From Bugula neritina (Eukaryota > Animalia > Bryozoa), in contig OZ037765.1 of assembly GCA_964035545.1 (NCBI GenBank), positions 1,612,001 to 1,676,000 on the forward strand: a stretch of 64,000 nt of DNA, in the 5' to 3' direction. The notes under the pieces were generated by a model. That model made no database searches. It was not told the DNA's origin and saw only the letters and a list, made by a program, of their open reading frames with translations. The position numbers and the translations under genes are program-made. Of the stretch, positions 1-10,474 are shown piece after piece (the stretch's first letter is position 1; every line of letters starts with the position of its first letter).

Positions 1-394
1 TGTATAATGAAAATTAAAGAACTTGGTCTATTGTCATTTTTCAGCTGCTACACTTACATGAATACTCACTAGGAAATATGTAACTGGCTTTAAAACAAAT
101 GACTAAAATAAATTTTAAATTATAATATGATATTATTCTCTCTTGACAAAAGTGAATCATTGACTCTTCTCCAATCTGTGTAATACTAACGCTTGTTGCT
201 AAAGTTTTGAGTCATATTTTATTAATTGTTATAAATGCACTGGTTACTATGGTAACATTTTTATTTATCGTTTGCAACTGGGCAAACACTTCAAGTAAAG
301 TCAAGAACTATTTAGTATTGTTTTGGCAAGATTCGAAAGCTGTTGCAGTGGCTACCATTGTATTAAAATGTTCACATAATATATGGTAGAATAT

Positions 395-1122
395 GTTATA
401 CATTGTAATATATATTACAGTTGCTAGCATGGACTGTGTTATACCATGTAATATATATTACAGTTGCTAGCATGGACTGTGTTATACCATGTAATATATA
501 TTACAGTTGCTAGCATGGACTGTGTTATACATTGTAATATATATTACAGTTGCTAGCATGGACTGTGTTATACCATGTAATATATATTACAGTTGCTAGC
601 ATGGACTGTGTTATACCATGTAATATATATTACAGTTGCTAGCATGGACTGTGTTATACCATGTAATATATATTACAGTTGCTAGTATGGACTGTGTTAT
701 ACCATGTAATATATATTACAGTTGCTAGCATGGACTGTGTTATACCATGTAATATATATTACAGTTGCTAGCATGGACTGTGTTATACATTGTAATATAT
801 ATTACAGTTGCTAGCATGGACTGTGTTATACCATGTAATATATATTACAGTTGCTAGCATGGACTGTGTTATACATTGTAATATATATTACAGTTGCTAG
901 CATGGACTGTGTTATACCATGTAATATATATTACAGTTGCTAGCATGGACTGTGTTATACCATGTAATATATATTACAGTTGCTAGCATGGACTGTGTTA
1001 TACATTGTAATATATATTACAGTTGCTAGTATGGGCTGTGTTATATCATGTAATATATATTACAGTTGCTAGTATGGACTGTGTTATACAGTGTAATATA
1101 TATTACAGTTGCTAGCATGGAC
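395..1122 (+). repeat. 43-bp minisatellite, about 17 copies, containing the caspase 3' splice site
   Basis: Unit TTGCTAGCATGGACTGTGTTATACCATGTAATATATATTACAG. AG ends recur every 43 nt from 420 to 1108; the last is the real acceptor. Confidence 0.97.
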
Positions 1123-3285
1123 TACACTCAAATGGACTGCTTGTTTGTGGCTGTGCTGTCACACGGAGATGAGAACCATTTGTTTGCTGTCGACAGAGCC
1201 ATCTCCTACGAAATGCTGACGAGTCCCTTGAAGTCAGACCGTGCTGCGTCTCTGATAGGCAAACCTAAACTCTTTCTCTTTCAGGTAAGTGTACAAGTTA
1301 GAGGTAAATGTACAAGTTTGAGGTAAGTATTCAAGTTAGAAGTAAGTATACAAGTTAGAGGTAAGTGTACAAGTTAGAGGTAAGTATACAAGTTAGAGGT
1401 AAGTGTACAAGTTAGAGGTAAGTGTACAAGTTAGTAGTAAGTGTACAAGTTAGAGGTAAGTGTACAAGTTAGAGGTAAGTGTACAAGTTAGAAGTAAGTA
1501 TACAAGTTAGAAGTAAGTATACAAGTTAGAAGTAAGTATACAAGTTAGAAGTAAGTATATAAGTTAGGAGTAAGTTTACAAGTTAGAAGTAAGTATACAA
1601 GACTTCTAACCATGTTGAGGAGTAAAAACTACATGTTTGTGTAACTCCCAGTTGCTATTGTAATTATGAAACTTATTGCATGTATGCAAGGGTAAATGGT
1701 AATTGGTAAAGCCTTAGTTTTAAGAATTCCTCTGCTTATAAAGGTGGGGGTGTCTGTTAATGTTCCTAAGCTATATGTGGGTCCTAGTTTATAGTTTCAG
1801 TTACCCTTTCTGTAGCCAGCCTATGCAGTATATATCAGTATAGTTTCCTTATCATTGGGAAATACAAAATCTATTGTAACCTTTTATGACTCATCCTTTA
1901 TTTACATTCAGTGATGCAATAACCACTCTAGTAAGGTGGTTACTATAGGGTGTTGGCTACAGTTGTGTGTTTTTATTTATTCTGTGCATCTTCTAAGAAA
2001 GGAAATAAAAAACAGTTCAGCAGCAACAGCGTGTTTACAATAACCTTTTCAACCCACTGACTCAATCATAATGTTATTGTATTGTAAAATGTTTATGACT
2101 TCGTGTAATCAACGGTGGAGTGTTTGTTAATACTGGTCTTTTCACTCTTAGTATTAGCTGAATGGCCATCATACAAATTGTAAGAGTTATCTTTTCCTCA
2201 TAAACTGTTTATTGCTTGTATTGCAACCAGCTTTCATATTAGCAAGTTTGAAATATATAGAGCTCATCTAGTGCGTAAAATATGTCTACCAGTACTAAAA
2301 CCCCCATAAAACAAAGTGTTTTATAGATGCTTTGTGATGGTTAGACTACTATTAAATCTTTCAGCTTTGTTGCTCTAACAGTTACATGTTGTGGCAGAGC
2401 AAGTTTTATAGCCTTAGCTCATATTTTATAGACTTAGCTCATGGTTTGTAGCATTAAATCTTGCGAATTAGGTATATAGTATAGTTGTGTATGTAGGCAT
2501 GCAGAGGCGAGAAGCTAGACGAGGGAAAACTCTTACAATCTGATGCATTTCCTGGTGGAGAGAATAAGCAGTATTTCATAGCCAAGGAATCTGACTTTCT
2601 TCTTGCTTATTCTACTGTCCCAGGTACTGCCCCCCCCTCCAGATATTCTACTGTTCAGAATACTGGGCTACAGCCTAGCCACAGTTCCACAGCGTTTATA
2701 AAATCTGTCATAATCGAAGAGTTGAAAATAAAAGCAATAACTTGGAATGAGAAAAAAAGTTATAGTTTGATATATTTTGTTCTTTTAAAATTCGTGTTGT
2801 TTGCTTTGTGTTTTTAGTGAAAATGATATTGTAAATATTGTTATCATAATTCTTGAGAAAGTTTCATTTTGGCATTCACCTATCCTAATATTTGTTTAAA
2901 ATTTACTATTTAGAACATGTTATGGAATACATTTTGCTGTAATATATAATACTATACTTTATGTCATTTGCTATGCTATGTATTACATAATACTATAATT
3001 TATTGTATAATGTATAGTATTACGTATATTATTACGTATAGTATTACATACTCTGCAGGCTACTACTCATGGCGGAACTGTGCAAACGGCTCGTGGTTTG
3101 TGCAGGCGTTTTGTGAGGTGATGTTGAGAGATGGCAGAAGGCTGGAGTTTGTTCAGCTTCTCACTAGAGTAAACAGAATGGTCTCTTACACCTTCCAGTC
3201 TAACGCCAGTCAGTTCAGTATGACCAATAAGAAGCAGAGCCCCTGCATCACCTCTATGCTCACCAAGTCACTCTACTTTGCGTGA
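1109..3285 (+). CDS. Effector caspase (caspase-3/7-like), 3' part; 5' exons lie before the window
   Basis: Exons 1109-1284, 2497-2623 and 3059-3285 join in phase. They give ...DCLFVAVLSHG... (catalytic His), GKPKLFLFQ|ACRG (catalytic Cys), a linker with LQSD/A, then DFLLAYSTVPGYYSWRN..GSWFVQ and QSPCITSMLTKSLYF*. Confidence 0.95.
1285..1601 (+). repeat. 19-bp minisatellite, about 17 copies, containing the caspase 5' splice site
   Basis: Unit GTAAGTGTACAAGTTAGAG repeats every 19 nt from 1285 to 1589; the first copy is the real donor. Confidence 0.97.
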
Positions 3286-4624
3286 CGCTCTGCATTGCGT
3301 GACGATTTCATCTTGCCATGATAGGATACTCAAAGTATTGTGTTACATGACGCTGTTTTATTACTAGTTTCTATCATTTCACCTTTATTATAATATCAAA
3401 GTCAGTTTCAGTTTCATAGCGAGTATTAAAGGGCTGACTCTAGTTTCCATGACAGCATCTGCCTAATAATCTTGTATTGCCATTTTACTTATTAGAGTCG
3501 TCCAATCTTTTAACACATTCTATATTGCTGATTTGAGTGTAGATAGTACTTCATGATACTGATTCATCAAGTGGTTTATCGTCTTAAGGAATCTTGACTA
3601 ACTATCGCTCTGTCCACTTTTATATTTCTACTAATTACTAATTTTGATTTGTAGTTTGCACTAAACTATCTCATTATAATGGTATGCCTGTTAAAGCAGT
3701 CAACATGGAGTATATTGTATAGACTTTTTGTATTGTCACATAATACCTTAGGGCTTAGAGTTTGAAATTACATGTCAAAATATTTTTGTTGAAATTGTAT
3801 GGCATATTTTTTTTCACTCTTGACAGTTTATTTGGCATTTTGTGCAGTTTGTTACAAAAGTGAAATATAACATTTATATGTTATAAGTTTAACTGTTTTA
3901 GTTTTTCATATGGCAACTTGTGTATCATCAAATTTCAATACAATAAAACCTTTATGAAATGGTTGAAAAATGTTAACTTGTGTAGATAAAAGGCTGGGAA
4001 TTTCTTGCCTACTTTTCATCAATGATTAATAATTTTCTGTTTCTGGATTTCGTTCAATATAATAGGTAGCGCCAAGATGTGAACTTTTTGTTGTTGATGA
4101 AATTTCAAGTTTTTGACAACTCAGAAGACCTACGTTTTTCCCAAAACGCAATTGAATAATATGGATAAACTGCAAGTGTTGAAACCATTGCAAGTTCATG
4201 GATGAAATCTTCATATTATATTATTTCAAGTTAAAGGCATAGGAGTTATGTTTTCAGTTGTTCAACAATAAGGAGTTATCCACTGAATTAAAACATGTTA
4301 TGTTTTAATGGAGTAAGTTTAAGCGCAGTGATATCTCATGTTGCGATTGGAAATTCCAATACAATCATTGGTCAAGCACTGCTATAACGACTTAGTTCAT
4401 CAAGATATCATTGTACTAAGGAAAGTTTTATTTGTGGATTCTGATAAGAGCTAGGATTTTCCTTGACAAACATCTGGTCAACTTTTTAGTTAAATAAATG
4501 AAAGTTGTTATCTAATAATTTTTATACCGCACAATTGGCGGTATTAAATGAGTATGAACAAATTTACAAGTACCAGTTTAAGTTGAGTAGGCGTAGAACT
4601 GGATAGCACTACATGAATTTCTAT

Positions 4625-4830
4625 AACTATAAAATATAAATATAACTATTAGTATTAGTATTACTATTAGTATTAGTATTACTATTACTATTAGTATTAC
4701 TATTACTATTAGTATTACTATTACTATTAGTATTACTATACTTATACTTATAGTATTACTATTACTATTAGTAATAGTATTACTAATAGTAATACTAATA
4801 GTAATAGTAATACTAATAGTAATAGTGTTG
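4625..4830. repeat. (ATTAGT/ATTACT)n low-complexity tract
   Basis: Visible period-3/6 repeat upstream of pseudo-caspase A. Confidence 0.9.
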
Positions 4831-5955
4831 ATAAACATGATAATTTTACAGATCATATTTATATAAATGTTTTATAATTAAAATATGAATACTATTTACA
4901 TTGTGATTCAAGCTATTTGCTACAATAATATTAATAACAACAAATGTTACACTAGAAATGTCCGCATCTTATCTTTATCTTCATTAATATAGTAATTGTA
5001 AATAAGTAATGCTGATTAGTAACTGTAAGTGTAATGTAAGCAGTGTTCTTTATTAGTATTATTATTAGACTTGATAAGGATATTGATGACTAAAAGTAAA
5101 AGCATAACTATTAGTATTATACAAATTTGCTCAAATTTAGTATCATTATCAGTATGAGTATGGCTATGGAAAATGTATCGTTATGAGTATTTAGAATTTC
5201 CTGGTCTAATAACTTTACTAGCATGATTAAAATTTGTCAATTAATAATATCACCATTGGTAACTTATTACTATTACTTTTCATTTTATGATAAGAATAGC
5301 AACTTGCTGACCTAAAATTGCAGCAGTCATAGTAATAGTAATTTACTAATGTTAATTTCTTCTTTTTACATTAGGATTTGTTTTAACTTGTAATTAATTT
5401 CTTACTCATTGAGTTTATTCATTTATTTGTCTATTATCTGTTTGTATTTAATTGCTTGGCTGTGTTATTAACTTAAGCTCTCACTCGGATCTGTAGTATT
5501 CAAGTATCTGTCATAGACTTTGCTTGAAGGCCTTTAGATAATAGTGTCAGTATGGTAACACTCAACAGTCTCGCACAATCTCTACACTCCCCAATTTTAT
5601 AGACACATCATATTTTCAATCAATTAGACCACACCTGCATTGTATCCTGTTATACTGTAACTGCATCACTTCGATTTACAGCTCTCTGAATAGCACTGGC
5701 AATAATTGCTTAGTGACTCTTGAAAGTTGTACTACAAAACCTGTCATAGTGATTGGTAATGCAATAAAGTTATTCTGGTTTCTTGTTGCAATTATGAATA
5801 GATGATGTTGATAAGGGACCATAGTTTTGCCATTGCCGTGCATTATAAATTTAAAGCTATTCCATTAACCTCTGGTGTTGATATTGACAATTAACATATA
5901 AGATAAGTCTGGTATGTCTCTTCTGTTGTGTAGGTTGTAGAAAGACTATGTGAGA

Positions 5956-8195
5956 ATGGCAGGTATTGCTTACAAAGAGTTTGAAGACACAGACTTCATG
6001 TATCGAATGAGATCAGGGTGGGGGAAATATTATTTTAACGATATAATCTATATCGATTACAATTTAATAAATCAATCAACATAAAAGAAACATCAGTCAC
6101 AACTATACTAATAATAGAAGAAAGAATTATCGTCATTTTTAACTAAACTGTAAAGATTAAAATTTGTTTCAGTTATAACTATTATTCGGAAGTTTAAAGA
6201 GACTTATTCTGATAGATTTATTTTACGGTGTACAATGTTTATATATGAAGAAATTACCTTTCTTCTGTTGTGTGAGTGTTTGCTGTGATGTTTCAAGTTT
6301 TGTGATACATACCATGTTGCAGTCACAAAGGTATAGCTATAATCATCAACAATGAGAAGTTTGACTGTGAGCTGAACGTAGTAGACAGACTCAGTTCACA
6401 GCCACAACTCAAAAGTCTCAGATCGGCTCTCTCGTATATCGGGTATAAAGATATAAGAATTTACAAAAATTTAACTGGCAAAGAAATATGTCAGCTCCTT
6501 AAAACAGGTGAGTTGGTAAAACTCGATGTGAATAAAGCCTATTCTTCAATTTAAATTAATAATGTTATTATTTGTCTTGTAATTATTTTTTCAATATATA
6601 ATGTGAAAAGCTGTCTGAATTTGTTCTCAGTTGTGGACAAAGACTATCGGAGTCGAAGGATGGACAGCTTTTTCCTGGGGATATTTTCCTATGGGGATGA
6701 GCGTAATATCTACGCAGTAGACATCATGTTATCTCACCAAATGCTAATGGAACCTTTAAGAGCTCTAGCTCATATACCTAAAATCATCATTGTACAAGTA
6801 TGTGTCTTATATATACACTATACACTACTTACCTTGTATATACACTATACAGTATGTACTTTATATATGCACTCTGCACTACTTACCTTATATATACACT
6901 ATAGGGGTTAGAGCGTTTGCCTAGTAAACATGAGGTCATGGGTTCGAGCCCAGACAAAGGCCATTGGTGATGTTAGGAAGAGCATCCAGTCATAATTGCT
7001 CCTGTGCCTCATTTAAACAAGTCCTTAGCCCACTTTTACAAAAACCCTTTCCATCAGGGGTTTCTCACAGGGATAGTGACTATAAACTTGCGTGAGTTTT
7101 ATGTACCATCTATGTATATACACTACAGTGCGTACCATATATTTAGGCCCATCAAGTTGACGCCCAGCCATCTCATTACCTTCTAGAAGAGCAGAAGCGA
7201 ATGCAAGTCACTCAACCAATGGACGGCGGAAGTGAATACTTCTATGACCACATACCTCCCGCTCTAAACCCGCTACGTCGTCATTCTGACGCCATATTTG
7301 TAAACTCTGTGCTCAGAGGTGAGCAAAACCAACCATTATTTTTCCTAAATGTCATGTTTTTGTCAGGAAAACTTGTGACAAGTGATTCCGTTATTGTTAA
7401 ACTTCAGTTGTTCATTTACTTAGAACAAGTAATTCATCGCTCCACTTTTTAAGTATTGTTAGTTATTCGACCACCTCTTATCCTATTCATCACTACAACC
7501 AATCACTGAGCAGTTTTACTAGCCTAAGTTCTTTTATTTTATTAGTGAGTTTTGATTTGGACTCAGGTTAAAGTTCTTGCTTGAACATAACTTCCCTTGC
7601 TACATATCTGATTTAGGACACTAGATTTTCTTAATTTCTCTTTTACTGCATCTTCTGCTTTATTCACTTCACTCACTCACCTACTCATGCACTCACTCAC
7701 TCACTCACTCATACACTCACTCATATACTCACTCACTCACTCACTCACTCATGCACTCACTCACTCACTCATGCACTCACTCACCCACTCACTCACCCAC
7801 TCATGCACTCATTCACCCACTCACTCAATCATTCACCCACTCACTCACTCGCTCACTCACTCACTCACTCATTCACTCACTCATTCACTCACTCACTCTT
7901 TCACTTACTCACTCTCCTAATTCTTTTAACCCTTTTAACGATGTTATTCATATAATAAGTTAACCTTCCATCAATGTATGCACGTACTTTACTTCTAGGT
8001 TCAGAGTTTATAGAAGCTCTCTGTGATGTGCTGAGATATGATGGAAGAAAGTTAGAGATCATGAAGTTACTAACCCGAGCTACTCGTATGATGTCATACG
8101 GCCCACACACACCTGTTGAGTACTGTCATCCGAACAAAGACCTCCGTTACCCCAGTGTCTTCTCTGTTCTTACAAAAGACTTTTACTTCTACTAG
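5956..8195 (+). CDS. Catalytically dead caspase paralog A (pseudo-caspase), about 260 aa
   Basis: Exons 5956-6017, 6323-6507, 6631-6797, 7147-7318 and 7999-8195 all have GT-AG ends and join in frame (783 nt). Caspase motifs KGIAIIINNEKF, KNLT, PKIIIVQ and SVLTKDFYF are present. SHG has become SYG, QACRG has become QAHQV, and YYSWRN is missing. Confidence 0.85.
6904..7089 (+). mobile_element. tRNA-derived SINE-like insertion in intron 3 of pseudo-caspase A
   Basis: Pol III A-box-like GGTTAGAGCG and B-box GGGTTCGAGCCC at tRNA-like spacing, followed by a non-tRNA body. It interrupts a TATATACACTA-type intronic repeat that resumes afterwards. Confidence 0.65.
7665..7915. repeat. (TCAC)n microsatellite
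   Basis: Visible tetranucleotide repeat in intron 4 of pseudo-caspase A. Confidence 0.95.
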
Positions 8196-9029
8196 CTTTC
8201 ATCAAACAAGCCTCAAACTAAAACACATTCGGATTTAACCCTAAAGTATTGTTCATTATAAGGAACATTTCAATCTATTTTTTGTATTTTCAAGTTACTC
8301 ATGTTCTATAGTACCCATCAATGCAGCATGGGTTGAAGATGAACCATCAACATTTCAGACCGTGCTCTCCATTAACATTGCTAGATAAATTTATTTTACT
8401 GTTTTTTAAACTATTCTACACAATAGATTCTTCATATTTTCATTTAATCATGGCTCTATAACATGAAATAAGTGTAAGTATGATATGCATAGCTATAACT
8501 TTTCTATATGATTTCTAAAAGGTTAAATTTTGATTTATGTATCATTACATTATATTTTGCTTAACAGAGGTTCTGCTTATAATAAATAACTGAATGTAAA
8601 TTTTGACATTTGATTTTATTGTGCTTAGATATAGCATTTCTGTCCATGAGATAGATTTAAATATATTTGTATTTTTGCATGCATAAAGTTGTCTTTTCTT
8701 TCACCCAGTTACTGCGCCTTATGTAGCACCAGAAAAATGTTCGTGAAAACTTGTCATCTTACAAGTTGTCTTCTCCTTGTTCTTTTCCTAAAACACTAAT
8801 ACTGGGAAGTTTCTATTTTATTACGACTTCACAACAGCTTACTATTCATAGCTGTTAAAAGTGGGTTTTCCATAACTACTACTTTGAGCACTCCATTAAC
8901 GTTAAGATTATCAATCTGAGTATCAGCTAAAAATTCTTATCTACCTTGTAACTAGTGTCTGGCGATTACAATAGAAACTATTTTTCAACAGCTATATCTT
9001 CCTAGCTATCAAGACTTGAATAATTAGTA

Positions 9030-10075
9030 TCAGTATGAGTATGACTATAACTATAAGTTAAAGTATAAGTATCACTAGAAAACTATAAAGTATAAACTTG
9101 AAGTTGATCATGATGTGATATTGGCTGACTGTGACTTATTATCGTAATCATAATGATAATGACCAATGGTTATCATTGTGAACTATTACTGTAACTATAA
9201 GTCTATAAATATTACTATTAGTATTACTATATTAGTATTAGATTTACTATAAGTATAACTATTACTAATAGTATTAGTATTACTATCAGTATGAGTATGA
9301 GTATCACTATGAGATATGAGTCATAGTTATAGTATGAGTATCAATGAGTATTACTATTCAGTATTCGTATTAGTATTACACTATTAGTTATTACTATTAG
9401 TATTACTCTAAGTCTATTACTATTACTATAAATATTAGTAACACTATTACTATTAGTATTAGTATCACAGTATTACTATTAGTCTGTTAAATTTAGTTTT
9501 ACAATTAGAATTACTGTATTACTAATACTATTAGTATTATATTTAATTTTACTATTACTATTAGTATTACTATTTTTATTAGTATTGCTGTTAGTGTTAG
9601 ACTTAGCATTATATTAGTATAACTATAACTATAAGTATTACTACTAGTATTAATATTATAATAACTATTAGTATTACTGTTGGTATTATAAATATATTAC
9701 ATTTACTAGTAGTATTACTATTAAACTATTACTAATAGTTAAACTTATTTGTGATCATAATGATAATGACTTATGCTTGCTTCTACTTTTAGTGTTATGC
9801 TTATAGTTGTAGTTAGGCTTACACTAATACTTAAAGTCTATAAGTGTTACTATTAGTATATGACCCCCCAGTCATTTCAATCAGAAATAGTAAGAGTCGT
9901 AGTCTAACACTTAGTTTTACTATAGTGTAACTGTAAGTATAAAACATTAACTTTAAGTTTAACAATAACTATTGCTATTTCTTACTCTTAATCTTACAAT
10001 TACACCAAGTCTAACTGATTTATGATACTGTAAGTACTGCTGGTGCTGTTATTACTGGTAGTAGTAGTAATAGTT
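9030..10075. repeat. Long degenerate period-6 (A[G/C]TATN)n tract
   Basis: For example AGTATGAGTATGACTATAACTATAAGT; upstream of pseudo-caspase B. Confidence 0.85.
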
Positions 10076-10474
10076 TAAGGAATCTTCACAAAGGTTTGTG
10101 AAGTTTCACTGAACCAATAACTCACTCAATTAGAAAGTAACACTAATTCCAACACCCAATTGAGTGCTGTGTAAACTGTACTGACCTGGCAAGCATTAAC
10201 CTGATTCTATTCCAAAATAAAAATCTTATTAGAGTGTAGCTCACAGAGTCTTTTTCATTCATTTTAATTGTTAGTATTCAATGTATTATTTGGTAAACTC
10301 ATTTAAATTTTGTGTTTAAGTTTTACAGAGAAATGAAATCATAGGTCTATAGATTTTCAAAATACTTTGTCTCATTTGGATTTTGTTTTTCTGCAGATTT
10401 ATGATTTTTGTTTTGAATCAAGTTACGTCAGCAAGAGCTTAGATGGTCTTACTATGTTTTAGAATGGTTATGCT

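Noticed and set aside
395-1122. CRISPR-like appearance of the 43-bp array (also the 32-bp arrays)
   Set aside because: Units are contiguous and near-identical with no unique spacers; the context is a eukaryotic intron and there are no cas genes.
4578-4856. ORF encoding ITISITIT/IVILIV runs
   Set aside because: Translation of a low-complexity ATT/AGT repeat.
6904-6960. Functional tRNA gene
   Set aside because: It has A and B boxes but no convincing acceptor stem and continues into a SINE-like body.
7687-7963. HSLT-repeat ORFs
   Set aside because: Artefact of the (TCAC)n microsatellite.
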